Shown here: in pieces, positions 8,938 through 22,121 of the stretch | How the letters are laid out: each line of letters opens with the position of its first letter | Numbering within the stretch: the stretch's first letter is position 1 | Virus record (IMG/VR): IMGVR_UViG_3300045988_156524 | Reading direction: 5' to 3' (one strand) | DNA length: 64,000 bases | DNA from: a virus | Taxonomy: Duplodnaviria > Heunggongvirae > Uroviricota > Caudoviricetes | Program-made: the position numbers and the translations under genes | Notes under the pieces: model-generated | Database searches by the model: none | Seen by the model: the letters and a program-made list of their open reading frames with translations, nothing else | What the model was told of the DNA's origin: nothing

Positions 8938-10032
8938 TCACGAGAAACTCTTTTCTGATGTCAGCCAACAGTGCTCGTGCATATCTCTTGGTGGTTTTTC
9001 GACAAATGCCTCTTCAGCCACATCCTGCCAGGGGATTTGTTTAGCCCATTCAGTTATAGCGTTATGGTTTGCCGAGAATAACGGTATTGTATAGGCCTTC
9101 AGCCAGTCTAATGTGCTGGAGTTGTGTTTTTGAGCGTGATGTTTCGCATGGTGTTTGGCGATCACGATCGTAGGCACTACCCATTTACTACCGTCAGTCA
9201 TTGTGAAGTGCATATTACGGGGAACAGATGACTTTTCCATCAACTCCCGAATCCCGGGGAATTTCCCCAAGATCAATCGGCGATATTCATCGCTATTGCG
9301 CCCACCAAACTCTTTGGCTTTGAATTCAAGATATGCTTCAGAAACGAGAGGTGAATCCTCTGTGTTTAGAGTTATCGCCGTGAAAAAACCAGCAGGATTG
9401 TTTTTACTATGGGCCAACCGGTGATGCGAATCATAAAAGTACCCTTTCTCGCGTTCCGATGGTTTCGACAGCAACAGCAGGCGCGAGTCATAATTGGTTA
9501 AATTGCCAGTTATCACTGCATGAGCGCGATCGCTGATTTCCGCCGAGTTAATAACGATGAAAAGATCGTGCGGTCCAGTAAAACCAGCCAGAGACTCTTC
9601 GTTATTCAGACAATAGGTTATATAGACGCATCCCCATGTTTCACTGATATGCACCAACCCTTTGTCAGGGTGTATTCTGAAATAATTGCCAAGAAAAGGG
9701 TGTTTTTGGGTAACTCGCTCCCAATAACGGAACATATAGTCAATTATTGTTTTTCGACAATCGTTAATCGCAGGAGAAACAACCACTGTACGGGAACACG
9801 AATACAGTATTGTTTGCAGGATGCTAATCACTGCCACAATAGAGGTTTCCCCAATACCATGTGGTGTGGTGGCAGTGATTTTGGCTCCGGTGTTCTTTAT
9901 CGCGTTAATAATTTTTGCTTGATGAGGTGTTAACTCAATATCAAGCAACTCTTTTGCTGCCAGTTCCCAATTGTCTTTATACCGTTCTATCAGTGCTAAC
10001 CAGGCAGATTCATTCTGTATACGATTAATCAC
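8938..10032 (-). CDS. PacB-like terminase large-subunit paralog, ATPase domain only, Walker motifs degenerate (364 aa)
   Basis: Aligns with PacB at 30474-31958 (shared block LLLLSKP...[11 protein letters not shown]); Walker A GHGTGKS replaced by PHGIGETS, Walker B IIDEAS by VINSAE. Confidence 0.6.
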   Translation of the reverse strand: MINRIQNESAWLALIERYKDNWELAAKELLDIELTPHQAKIINAIKNTGAKITATTPHGIGETSIVAVISILQTILYSCSRTVVVSPAINDCRKTIIDYMFRYWERVTQKHPFLGNYFRIHPDKGLVHISETWGCVYITYCLNNEESLAGFTGPHDLFIVINSAEISDRAHAVITGNLTNYDSRLLLLSKPSEREKGYFYDSHHRLAHSKNNPAGFFTAITLNTEDSPLVSEAYLEFKAKEFGGRNSDEYRRLILGKFPGIRELMEKSSVPRNMHFTMTDGSKWVVPTIVIAKHHAKHHAQKHNSSTLDWLKAYTIPLFSANHNAITEWAKQIPWQDVAEEAFVEKPPRDMHEHCWLTSEKSFS

Positions 10033-10813
10033 TTTCCACCTCTTCCGTGGTGTTTTCTTGCAGTTCTGTTAATGCAGCACGACATAGGTTCCGGGCATTG
10101 GCTATAGCCACACTTTTGACTTCATCCGTCATCGTGCAGGTAATGTACTGATCGAGTTCTTCAGCGCGGATGATGCTTTTGCCAATCAGAAACTGTATTT
10201 GCCATAGCAGATCGGCATCCATAATCAGAATTTCTGCCGGGCCTTCAGGGCCAGCCGGGAAGGAAACATAAGACTGTTTGCCCAGGCCGACAACTCGACA
10301 ACTTGCTTCAAGAATTGCGCGCTTGAGGTCTGACTTTATAACGGAAACAGGTTGATTTTCACCAGTGATTACGCCGTTGACATGGAAAGGCATGTAGCTT
10401 GAAATACGCTCTACTTTCCACACGCCAGCAAGCGATCCTTCATGCAGCACAATGGGGGTAACCGCGAGTTTCATCTCACCATATAACTGCTGGCAGATAG
10501 CTGGATTGCTGAATACATCTAAAGGCTCACATTCAAACAGCGGCGCAATCTGCATGAGGTCCATCATGGTCATCCCTGGGGTACGAGCAGTAATGAATTT
10601 GCGCATACCAGTATCCATTGCGCTCCAGATTGCTACACCATGCTTTTTGCTCACTTCTTCAGTAAAGCCAAGGTGGCACATGATGGTTTTTTCGATAGCC
10701 AGATCAGAGATAGAAACCTTTTCGCCAGGTACTCCATCATTATTGATGGTCACTTCGACACTCTGGCCATTACGTAGGCGGTATTGAATGGTTTTAGTAT
10801 TTTGTGCTGTCAT
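10025..10813 (-). CDS. Hypothetical protein (262 aa from ATG at 10813)
   Basis: Long ORF co-directional with the PacB paralog; start uncertain. Confidence 0.4.
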   Translation of the reverse strand: MTAQNTKTIQYRLRNGQSVEVTINNDGVPGEKVSISDLAIEKTIMCHLGFTEEVSKKHGVAIWSAMDTGMRKFITARTPGMTMMDLMQIAPLFECEPLDVFSNPAICQQLYGEMKLAVTPIVLHEGSLAGVWKVERISSYMPFHVNGVITGENQPVSVIKSDLKRAILEASCRVVGLGKQSYVSFPAGPEGPAEILIMDADLLWQIQFLIGKSIIRAEELDQYITCTMTDEVKSVAIANARNLCRAALTELQENTTEEVESD

Positions 10814-11015
10814 AGTCTTTTCTCTGCTTAAAAACTGATGTATTGCGTCTTCAGGTGGGTTAGGAATGTTTTCCCACCAGCGAAAGCAATATCTCGTGGT
10901 GTTCTGTTCGTTAAAAACGCGTGCCATTGCCAACTTTGGCGTTTTTTAGCGAGTTCGTGCTTTTGTTGGCGTTTGGACCACCGCTTTTCTTTCAGTCGTT
11001 TTTTACTCATAAACT

Positions 11016-11504
11016 CTAAAACGGAATATCGTCTTCAAAGTCCATTGGAGGTTCGTTATTGGCGCTGCTCTGAGGTTTGCCGCCACCGCTGTATTGCTGG
11101 TGGTTTTGAGGTTGGTTTGACTGCCCCCTGCCATTTGAGGACTGTGAATCGTCGCGGCGAGTGCCGATCATTTGCATGGTGCCGCCCTGGCTGACGATAA
11201 TTTCCGTCGTGTAACGTTCTACACCGGCGTCATCAGTCCACTTACGGGTTTTAAGTTTCCCTTCGATGTAGACCTGAGAACCTTTTCGTAAATACTCACT
11301 CGCAATTTCAGCAAGTTTTCCGAACAAAACGACTTTATGCCATTCTGTTTGCTCTTTCTGTTGGCCCGTTTGCTTATCGCGCCATGATTCATTCGTTGCG
11401 ATGCTGAGTCTTCCGACTGCGCCGCCATTTGGTATATACCTGATCTCCGGGTCTTGCCCCAGGGTACCAATCAGGATGACTTTGTTTACACCGCGTTGTG
11501 CCAC
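11016..11504 (-). CDS. ssb: Single-stranded DNA-binding protein
   Basis: [21 protein letters not shown]-fold N-terminus, Gly/Gln-rich linker, acidic DDIPF tail; GTG start. Confidence 0.9.
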   Translation of the reverse strand: MAQRGVNKVILIGTLGQDPEIRYIPNGGAVGRLSIATNESWRDKQTGQQKEQTEWHKVVLFGKLAEIASEYLRKGSQVYIEGKLKTRKWTDDAGVERYTTEIIVSQGGTMQMIGTRRDDSQSSNGRGQSNQPQNHQQYSGGGKPQSSANNEPPMDFEDDIPF

Positions 11505-11523
11505 TTTTCTTACCTAATAAAAT

Positions 11524-11540
11524 AAATTAATTAGAGCAAT
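11524..11540 (-). promoter_or_regulatory. C1 repressor operator-like site
   Basis: Reverse complement ATTGCTCTAATTAATTT, one mismatch to the 17-bp C1 operator consensus ATTGCTCTAATAAATTT as I recall it. Confidence 0.55.
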
Positions 11541-11563
11541 AATGTATATCTTTGAAACGTGGC

Positions 11564-11586
11564 TAACAAGTGATTTGCATTATCCT
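11564..11586 (+). promoter_or_regulatory. Candidate late promoter upstream of lyz (TAACAAGTGATT, 5 nt, TATCCT)
   Basis: One of five instances of a T.ACAA.TGACT-like box followed 5 nt later by a -10-like hexamer, each upstream of a late-type operon. Confidence 0.4.
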
Positions 11587-11673
11587 GTTCCTTCTAAAGG
11601 GATCGAGTCAGTCGGTATTGGCTGTGAATGAGTGTTTGTCCTGGAGCGTAAAAAATTCGCTTATGAGGTCTTT

Positions 11674-12231
11674 ATGAAGGGAAAAACAGCCGCAGGAGGC
11701 GGTGCAATTTGCGCTATCGCGGTGATGATTACCATCGTGATGGGTAATGGCAATGTGCGAACCAACCAGGCGGGGCTTGAGCTGATTGGTAACGCTGAAG
11801 GTTGCCGACGTGATCCATACATGTGCCCGGCGGGGGTATGGACTGACGGGATCGGTAATACACACGGGGTAACGCCGGGTGTGCGAAAAACCGACCAGCA
11901 AATCGCCGCTGATTGGGAAAAGAATATCCTGATCGCTGAACGCTGTATTAATCAGCACTTCCGGGGCAAAGACATGCCCGATAATGCCTTCAGTGCAATG
12001 ACAAGCGCGGCATTCAATATGGGATGCAATAGCTTACGGACCTACTACAGCAAAGCGCGAGGCATGCGAGTAGAAACGTCCATCCACAAGTGGGCGCAGA
12101 AAGGGGAATGGGTGAATATGTGTAACCATCTCCCTGATTTCGTGAACAGTAACGGCGTGCCCCTGCGAGGTTTAAAGATTCGCCGTGAAAAAGAACGCCA
12201 GCTTTGCCTGACGGGGCTTGTCAATGAATAA
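11674..12231 (+). CDS. lyz: SAR endolysin, T4-lysozyme-like (185 aa)
   Basis: N-terminal signal-anchor MKGKTAAGGGAICAIAVMITIVMG followed by a lysozyme catalytic region; ATG with GAGG RBS. Confidence 0.85.
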   Translation: MKGKTAAGGGAICAIAVMITIVMGNGNVRTNQAGLELIGNAEGCRRDPYMCPAGVWTDGIGNTHGVTPGVRKTDQQIAADWEKNILIAERCINQHFRGKDMPDNAFSAMTSAAFNMGCNSLRTYYSKARGMRVETSIHKWAQKGEWVNMCNHLPDFVNSNGVPLRGLKIRREKERQLCLTGLVNE

Positions 12232-12478
12232 ACTCCGGCAGCTCCGCCGACTTTCGACAATGAAGTTATCGCTGGCGGCGATAGTTTTTGACTCGATTTT
12301 CATGGCGGTATATGTGCTCAATGAGACGTGGCCACTGGAACCGCTATTGTATGCCGGGCTTCGGCTGTGCCTGACATTTTTGAGCATGGCTGCGAGATTG
12401 ATGCAGCAGAAAGAAACCGCTTCAGATTGTCCACGCCGCGCGGTGCGCAAATATATGGCACGCAGGCGAAGGCGATAA
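12224..12478 (+). CDS. Small membrane protein with poly-Arg C-terminus (84 aa), putative lysis accessory
   Basis: ATG overlaps lyz 3' end; two hydrophobic segments; followed by a terminator. Confidence 0.4.
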   Translation: MNKLRQLRRLSTMKLSLAAIVFDSIFMAVYVLNETWPLEPLLYAGLRLCLTFLSMAARLMQQKETASDCPRRAVRKYMARRRRR

Positions 12479-12488
12479 TAGTTAACGA

Positions 12489-12518
12489 GAACCCCGGCAG
12501 CTGCCGGGGTTATTTTTG
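12489..12518. terminator. Bidirectional rho-independent terminator
   Basis: CCCCGGCAG/CTGCCGGGG palindrome then TTATTTTT. Confidence 0.7.
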
Positions 12519-12522
12519 GTGG

Positions 12523-15253
<2,731 letters not shown>

Positions 15254-15287
15254 TTAATTAGAATAATTCGCATCGTGTTTGAACGGA

Positions 15288-15310
15288 AATTTAACACTAG
15301 TCACTTGTTA
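15288..15310 (-). promoter_or_regulatory. Candidate late promoter for prt-pro (TAACAAGTGACT, 5 nt, TAAATT on minus strand)
   Basis: Motif family member; divergent from darB. Confidence 0.4.
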
Positions 15311-15320
15311 AGGATTACCA

Positions 15321-18300
15321 ATGAACAAGCTATCTATGGGGGTGTTTCGCTGTTCAAGTGTCAGCGAAATATTGAAATACATTAGGGCAATAACATCTCA
15401 CCGAGCGCCGATTAAATACGGCGTGGAAAAGGTGGAAGGCAAAAGCTATGACCGACTGCGCCGTGAGGCGAATCAGAAGGCGATAGATTTGCTTAATTCG
15501 CTGGTGGACGGCGCGACACTGACAGATGAACAGCGCCAGATCCTGGCTGGGTACACCGGTGAAGGCGGCATTGGCGGGTCCGTCTCCGAATATTACACAC
15601 CAAAGCCGATCGCTGAAGGTGTCTGGGAGATCATGAAGCTCTACGGCGCGGACGTAGGTAACACTCTGGAACCATCGGCGGGAACCGGCGTTTTTAATGA
15701 GACAAAACCGGTTGGTACGGTGATGACCGCGACTGAGATCAGCAGTGTTTCCGGTCGTATAAACCAGCTGTTGCACCCGGAAGACAGCGTACAGATTTCT
15801 CCGTTCGAACAACTGGCTGTAAGCACGCCTAACGATTCATTCGACCATGTTGTGGGTAACGTTCCGTTCGGTGGTCGTGATAACACACGCAACATCGATA
15901 AGCCTTACGCAGAAGAAACGGACATGGGTTCTTACTTCATGCTCCGCATGCTGGACAAGATAAAGCCAGGCGGATTCATGTGCGTGATTGTGCCGCCGTC
16001 CATTGTTTCAGGTTCAAACATGAAGCGGTTACGCCTGCGCCTATCACGGAAAGCTGAATTTCTTGGTGCCCACCGCTTGCCTACCGGTACTTTTGACGCA
16101 AACGGGACCAGTACAGTTGTTGATGTGGTGCTGATGCGCAAACATCCGGCAGAGATGGCTGAGAAAATCCCCCTGGTGGATGAAAGCACTCTCGAATCGG
16201 CAAATGTGCTTTGGCCAACGTTTATTTCTGGCAAGTGGTTTGAAAAGGACGGCCGCCGGTTTGTTCATGGCACCCAGGAAAAGGGCTTCCAGGGGCGTAT
16301 TGAGGTTCGTGCCGACGGTCAGATTGATAACCAGGCTCTTAAAGCGAAGCTGATTCATCGTTTCGAAAGCCGTATCGACTGGTCTTTGCTCGATATGGCT
16401 GAACCGTCACCGACCGCAGACGTTGTTGGTGAAGGGGAAATGCGCCTGATTAATGGCGTATGGCAAAAATATGCTGGTGGTCGCTGGATTGAAGCTGATG
16501 CCGGGAAGGAACTTAAGATCGATGCTGCCAGTTATGGCGCGGATAGCTGGGAGGCTCTTCAGCGTAACCTGACTACAACAGAAGGCCGTCTCGGCATGAC
16601 ATTTACCCAGATGGCAAATGTCCGCGATAAGTACACCACATCAATCAGCGACGATATGGTGCAGCTGGTGGACTGGATTAACAGCCAGCCTGAAAAATAC
16701 CGTGAACGCTTGTATCGCGGGGCGATGATTGGCCGGATGTTAATTGAATATCAGGACATGAAGGCCGCCGGGCATAGTGCTGAACAAATCGAACAGCAGC
16801 GCCTTTCTCTGGTATCCCGTTTGCAGGCAGAGATTGACCGTTTTGGTAACCCCGGTCGCGGTCCGATAGCGAAATTGTCGGGGAGCGGTGCGCGCGCCTG
16901 GTTTGCTTTCCGTGGTGCAATTAAGCTGGATGGCACTATTTCTGACGAGCTGACAGGGAAGCTGGTTACGCATGATTCCAGCGCAAGTTATGACTCCACC
17001 AGCTATCAGGACACCCTGCGTTATCTCTATAGCGATCTCACCCGCGATCCAATCCAGCTCGATGATTTCCGCCTTGCGTTTACCGGCGAACTGCCAGCCA
17101 GTGATGAAGAGTTGCTTAATTTATTGGCCAGCACCCCTGGTATTGCGGTTTCACCGTATGGCGGGATTGTTCCGTTCGCCCGCGCCACCAGCGGCGACAT
17201 TAACGAGATAGTGGCTCCAAAACAGGAATTCCTCGCCACACTCCCCGACGGTCCAGTAAAGAACAACGTCCTTAATCAGCTGGCAGCTATCGAAGAGAAG
17301 CGCATCAAGACGCCAGCAGAGAATATCCGGTTTAAGCTCAATAGCCGTTGGTTCGACCGTTCCGTCATTCTGGAATTTTTGCAGGAAAACGGCTATCCGG
17401 ATCTGCGCTATGTGCAGTCAGTGCAGCTGGAAGGCGACGAAATGGTTTCTGACACCTATCACGGTGGTGATGGTCTGTTCGTCGGGCACCGATACGGTGT
17501 CGTCCAGCGCAAGGATAAAGAAACAGGTGAGATTCGCTACGAGTGGGACCGTAAATCAGGTGAAAACGCGACCGGGTTCCCGGCACAGCTGGAAAAGTAT
17601 CTCAATGGTGCGCGTATCGGTGGCAAAGATAGCGCGACGGCGAACGGCTACCGCGAGCAGATGGCACTGCTTGAGGACCAGTTCAATAAGTGGATCAAGA
17701 CGCACGATCGCTACGATGAGCTGGTTGCCAAATACAACGATGTGTTCAATAGCAATATCCCGTATGAACACTCTGGCGATCCGCTTGGGTTGAAGGGATT
17801 AAGCGGTAAGCGCCAGCCATTTGATTACCAGAATAGCGAGGTGCGCCGACTGTCCGAAGATGGGCGCGGCATCCTGGGCTTCGGCACCGGGCTGGGTAAA
17901 ACCACGACCGCGCTGGCGCTTGAGGCGTTCAACTATGAGAACGGTCGCTCCACCCGTACTGCGTATGTAGTGCCTAAATCAGTGCTGGAAAACTGGTATT
18001 ACGAAGCAAAAGAATTCCTGAGTGAAGAGGCATTCAGTAACTACCTGTTCGTCGGTCTTGATGTGCTGATGGATGGCGATCAGATTCGCCAGGTGCAGGT
18101 GCTCGATGAGAACGGTAAACCTGTTCTTGGTACTGATGGCACTCCAGTTATGCGCGATGCTCTTAAGCTGGCAGATGAAGCCACTATCACGGCGCGGATG
18201 AACGCGATCCCGCACTCAAATTACCGTGCAGTCGTGTTTACCAAAGAACAATACGCCCGCATTCCGCTACGTGATGACACCGTAGATGAGCATGCACAGG

Positions 18301-21300
18301 ATATGCTTTATGACTTCGTTGCCGCCGGACGCGTAGCCAGCGCAATGGACTCCGACTCCCACCGCAAAGAGGCCGCGCGTCGCCGGGTATTGTCGGAGTA
18401 TTCAGATACCGGCACCGAAAAAGCAGAGAAGTATCCGTACTTTGAGGATATGGGCTTCGATAGTGTGATCGCTGACGAAGGTCACAACTACCGCAATAGC
18501 TATAAAAATGGTCGCGAAGCGTCACAACTGGCCTATCTGCCCACCAGCGCGGTGGCGCAATCGGCGCGAGATATGGCAATTAAAAACGCGTACCTGATGA
18601 AAAAGAATGGTGGGCGCGGGCCGGTTCTCCTGACTGCAACGCCAGTCGTTAACACCCCGATCGATGCATACAACATGCTTTCTCATGTTCTGCCGAAGGA
18701 ATACTGGCAGAACATGGGGATCTACGGTCCTGATGACTTCGTTAAATTCTTCGGCAAGACCAGGCTGGAAACGGTACAGAAAATTAGCGGTGAAGTTGAA
18801 GAAAAAATGGCGCTGGTGGGCTTTGAAAACCTTGATGCGCTGCGCGGTATATTCCATCGCTGGGTAACGCTTAAAACGGCGGAAGACGTTAAGGATACCG
18901 TGGAGATCCCGGAGCTGGACGAACACCAGCAGGATGCACCACTTACTGAAGAACAACTGGCGGCGTATGAAGAATTGCGTCAGCAGGCGGAAGCGGCGGC
19001 CAAAGCCAACAATGGCGTAACGACCTCGGTCAATGAAGACGGCGTGATTGAGCACGAGAAAGCCCGTCCGATCTTCTCAATAATCAGGGATATGGACCGC
19101 GTATGTACTGACATGGACCTGTACTATCGCCGGATCACCTATCGTTTCCTGCCGGAGTACGCCGATGCGGTGCAGCAGCTGGCGGACAGTTTGCCTAAAC
19201 AAGCCACCAGCGAAGACGACGACAGTGATGATTCAATCACGCAGCAATCGCAATACTCCCTGATAGATAAGGGCGAGTTTATTCAGTTGCAGGTTCCGGA
19301 AGCGTTCGAGCAGGAAGTGAATAAGCGCCTGGCCAGGTTTGGCATTGACGAACAGACCGTAACTCACCCCGTTACGCCCAAATACGCGAAGCTGATTGCC
19401 ACGCTGAAGGAGTTTTTCCCGGAAGGTAAGCAAATCATCTTCACCGATGAAAAAACGCAGCACCAGAAGCTCAAGCGCATTATCTGCAATGCTCTTAACC
19501 TTGAACCTTCAAAGGTGGGGATACTGAATGCTCAGACGGTTGCCGAGGCAGGTAAAACCGGTAAGAAACTGAAAGCGGTTAAACCGCCGAAAGAGTTACC
19601 GGATGAACCAACAGATGCACAGATAGCGAAATACAACGAGCAAATGGCTCTGTATGACGCCTATATCGCGCAGCAAAATGAAATGTCGTTGGGCGGTCTG
19701 GAAAAGATTGCAGCCGACTTCCAGGAGGGCCGGACTCCGATCATCATCTGCAACAAAAAGGCAGAGGTGGGTATCAACCTGCATCGAGGAACGACTGACA
19801 TCCATCATCTGACGTTGCCATGGACTCCAGCCAGTATTGCGCAACGAAACGGTCGCGGTGCCCGAGTTGGCTCCAACCGTGCAAGCGTTCGCGTTCACTA
19901 CTACTGCGGCAAGGGGTCTTTCGATGAATACCGACTGAAGACGCTGAAGCGTAAAGCAGGCTGGATCTCCGATATCCTCCGTTCAGATAAGTCAGAAATG
20001 GAGAACGCCGACGCCAACGATATGATCGAAATGCAGATGTATACCGCGAAGGATGACGGCGAACGTCTGGCAATGATGCAGGTTCAAATGGATAAGGCGA
20101 AAGCTGCGAAACGCGCTCGCCAGAAAGAACAGGCTACTATCGACCTTCAGAACTACATCAAGGCGCAGCACGCAGCTGGTGAGGATGTGGAGGTACTTAC
20201 CGCTGAATTGGAGCGAAGCAAAGCGGAACTTGAAAAGACCACCGCCGACGTCGCCAAATTCAAACAGGCGGTAATGGCCAAAGCAGCTGATAACGCAGAC
20301 TGGAAAGCCCGCTGGGGTAGCGTCCATCACACAGACCGTATGTTGTTAGCACAGTATCGCGCGTCGTTGAAAAGCGCCATTCAGCGCAAGGCTAATATCT
20401 CTCAGGCCATCTCCCGCTATGAGAAATTATTGAACCGTACTCAGAAGGCCGCGACGGATATCAAACGCCTGCGCCCGCTGGTGGAGGATGCAATAAATAA
20501 AGGCATTCTGGATGTTGATCCTGATCTGGTTAACCATGCGAATGAGTTCCTTGTTATCGGCGATCGCTCATGGCGTGTAGGCCAATACTATGATTGTGCC
20601 GGTGATATCGTTCGCATTAAGTCGCTGGACTTCGACAGCCAGCGCGCAGACGTGGAGATCATCTTTACCTTCAAAGGCACCAAATCGGGTAACTGGGATG
20701 TGAAGACGCTGGATAAACAGGTTGATGTAACTCCCGATGAAGATGCTGTTATGCAGAAAATCAGTGGTGGCGTCTCCATCGCCGGGATTAACGACATCGT
20801 TTCCTGTGACGATTTCTACCGTTTCCAGCAGCGCGGCATGATCAAAATCACTGACTCATACGGCGTTCAGACTACAGAGTCAGGCTATAGCATTGATTTT
20901 GTTGGTACCTATACGGACCCACTGAAGCATGCGGTTTACCCGGATCGCCGTGACGGCGCGCTGAAGTCGTCAATTGCAAAATGGGTGCTTGGTATGATGT
21001 CGGAAGGGAATAACCGCCAGATCCGTTCGGCAGAAACATTCCTGGTTGAACTGTTTGGCTCCAATTATGGCGATGTAATCGCGTCATACGGAGATACGCT
21101 ATCCCCTGAAGCAATTCAGGAGAAAATAGCGGATGCGATCGCCAGAATGCCGGAAAAAACAAGCCAGGGGGCTACTCGTAACGGGGATTCTGAACTTGAA
21201 GTCACCAATGCCATTTTCGGTACCAATGAGTTCCGGGCGTCAGATTATGAGATCACCACAGCACAGTTTGGCACCATTGGCATTTACAGCAATAAAGACG

Positions 21301-22088
21301 AGATCAAGCAGACAATGGACGCAGCAAGCGCGCGCATTGCAGCAGAACGGAAAGCCAATCTGAATCATGCAGTCGCCGCGCTGACTCAATCGTGGGTAAC
21401 AGCAATCAGGGAGGCCGCCACCACAGGGAAAATCACACCGGCAATTGCGGATGTCGTAAACGACGGCTCTAAATTTATGGATGCCTATCAAATGGATGCG
21501 GTGCAGTTGCCATCAGCCTATGGGCAACTCAGCTATCGCATGACCTACAACCTGGTATCAATGTTTACCGACCTTGCCATCCTTGGGCTGGTGGATCTTA
21601 ACGAGGTTACGCCGGAATTGCTCAGCATGCGCAAGAATCATGTGGAGATATTGCACAGAATTAACACGGTACTTGCCGGGCGCACCGATGAAGAGAAACA
21701 GGCAGACGCTGATCGGATAAACCTGGCCCTTGGCAACATCACGGAGGAAGAAATTGCCGCCAGAAACGAGAAACAAGAAGAGTTATCATCAATACAGGGT
21801 GATGCCACCAGCATAGCTCAGTCTCTTGGTCTGAATTATCGCGTATCCACCGCCGACCTGAAGATGATGTACGCACCAAAATTCGCCGCTGGCGAGGTAT
21901 TTGGGCTTCAGGAAGCCTCCGGCATGAAAGGGGTTCTTTTCCGTGCGAAAGACGCAATCAAGGCGAAATTCGGCGCTCGCTGGTTGCCAGCGAAGGCGAA
22001 GAACAGCGACTTCCCAGGTAACTGGTGGATTATCGAGACAAAACACAACGTGGCGGACGTTCTGGCCGTCATCCAACAATACGCATAA
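15321..22088 (+). CDS. darB: DarB-like antirestriction protein: N6-methyltransferase-like plus SF2 helicase-like (2255 aa)
   Basis: EPSAGTGVF (SAM motif I), VGNVPFGG (motif IV variant), GFGTGLGKTT (Walker A), IADEGHNYRN (DExH); size matches P1 DarB. Confidence 0.85.
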   Translation: MNKLSMGVFRCSSVSEILKYIRAITSHRAPIKYGVEKVEGKSYDRLRREANQKAIDLLNSLVDGATLTDEQRQILAGYTGEGGIGGSVSEYYTPKPIAEGVWEIMKLYGADVGNTLEPSAGTGVFNETKPVGTVMTATEISSVSGRINQLLHPEDSVQISPFEQLAVSTPNDSFDHVVGNVPFGGRDNTRNIDKPYAEETDMGSYFMLRMLDKIKPGGFMCVIVPPSIVSGSNMKRLRLRLSRKAEFLGAHRLPTGTFDANGTSTVVDVVLMRKHPAEMAEKIPLVDESTLESANVLWPTFISGKWFEKDGRRFVHGTQEKGFQGRIEVRADGQIDNQALKAKLIHRFESRIDWSLLDMAEPSPTADVVGEGEMRLINGVWQKYAGGRWIEADAGKELKIDAASYGADSWEALQRNLTTTEGRLGMTFTQMANVRDKYTTSISDDMVQLVDWINSQPEKYRERLYRGAMIGRMLIEYQDMKAAGHSAEQIEQQRLSLVSRLQAEIDRFGNPGRGPIAKLSGSGARAWFAFRGAIKLDGTISDELTGKLVTHDSSASYDSTSYQDTLRYLYSDLTRDPIQLDDFRLAFTGELPASDEELLNLLASTPGIAVSPYGGIVPFARATSGDINEIVAPKQEFLATLPDGPVKNNVLNQLAAIEEKRIKTPAENIRFKLNSRWFDRSVILEFLQENGYPDLRYVQSVQLEGDEMVSDTYHGGDGLFVGHRYGVVQRKDKETGEIRYEWDRKSGENATGFPAQLEKYLNGARIGGKDSATANGYREQMALLEDQFNKWIKTHDRYDELVAKYNDVFNSNIPYEHSGDPLGLKGLSGKRQPFDYQNSEVRRLSEDGRGILGFGTGLGKTTTALALEAFNYENGRSTRTAYVVPKSVLENWYYEAKEFLSEEAFSNYLFVGLDVLMDGDQIRQVQVLDENGKPVLGTDGTPVMRDALKLADEATITARMNAIPHSNYRAVVFTKEQYARIPLRDDTVDEHAQDMLYDFVAAGRVASAMDSDSHRKEAARRRVLSEYSDTGTEKAEKYPYFEDMGFDSVIADEGHNYRNSYKNGREASQLAYLPTSAVAQSARDMAIKNAYLMKKNGGRGPVLLTATPVVNTPIDAYNMLSHVLPKEYWQNMGIYGPDDFVKFFGKTRLETVQKISGEVEEKMALVGFENLDALRGIFHRWVTLKTAEDVKDTVEIPELDEHQQDAPLTEEQLAAYEELRQQAEAAAKANNGVTTSVNEDGVIEHEKARPIFSIIRDMDRVCTDMDLYYRRITYRFLPEYADAVQQLADSLPKQATSEDDDSDDSITQQSQYSLIDKGEFIQLQVPEAFEQEVNKRLARFGIDEQTVTHPVTPKYAKLIATLKEFFPEGKQIIFTDEKTQHQKLKRIICNALNLEPSKVGILNAQTVAEAGKTGKKLKAVKPPKELPDEPTDAQIAKYNEQMALYDAYIAQQNEMSLGGLEKIAADFQEGRTPIIICNKKAEVGINLHRGTTDIHHLTLPWTPASIAQRNGRGARVGSNRASVRVHYYCGKGSFDEYRLKTLKRKAGWISDILRSDKSEMENADANDMIEMQMYTAKDDGERLAMMQVQMDKAKAAKRARQKEQATIDLQNYIKAQHAAGEDVEVLTAELERSKAELEKTTADVAKFKQAVMAKAADNADWKARWGSVHHTDRMLLAQYRASLKSAIQRKANISQAISRYEKLLNRTQKAATDIKRLRPLVEDAINKGILDVDPDLVNHANEFLVIGDRSWRVGQYYDCAGDIVRIKSLDFDSQRADVEIIFTFKGTKSGNWDVKTLDKQVDVTPDEDAVMQKISGGVSIAGINDIVSCDDFYRFQQRGMIKITDSYGVQTTESGYSIDFVGTYTDPLKHAVYPDRRDGALKSSIAKWVLGMMSEGNNRQIRSAETFLVELFGSNYGDVIASYGDTLSPEAIQEKIADAIARMPEKTSQGATRNGDSELEVTNAIFGTNEFRASDYEITTAQFGTIGIYSNKDEIKQTMDAASARIAAERKANLNHAVAALTQSWVTAIREAATTGKITPAIADVVNDGSKFMDAYQMDAVQLPSAYGQLSYRMTYNLVSMFTDLAILGLVDLNEVTPELLSMRKNHVEILHRINTVLAGRTDEEKQADADRINLALGNITEEEIAARNEKQEELSSIQGDATSIAQSLGLNYRVSTADLKMMYAPKFAAGEVFGLQEASGMKGVLFRAKDAIKAKFGARWLPAKAKNSDFPGNWWIIETKHNVADVLAVIQQYA

Positions 22089-22121
22089 CAGGAGCGCCCG
22101 GTTCGCCGGGCGTCGCATAAT

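Noticed and set aside
15354-21957. Many 60-180-aa ORFs on the minus strand inside darB
   Set aside because: All antisense to a 2255-codon gene with clear methyltransferase and helicase motifs.
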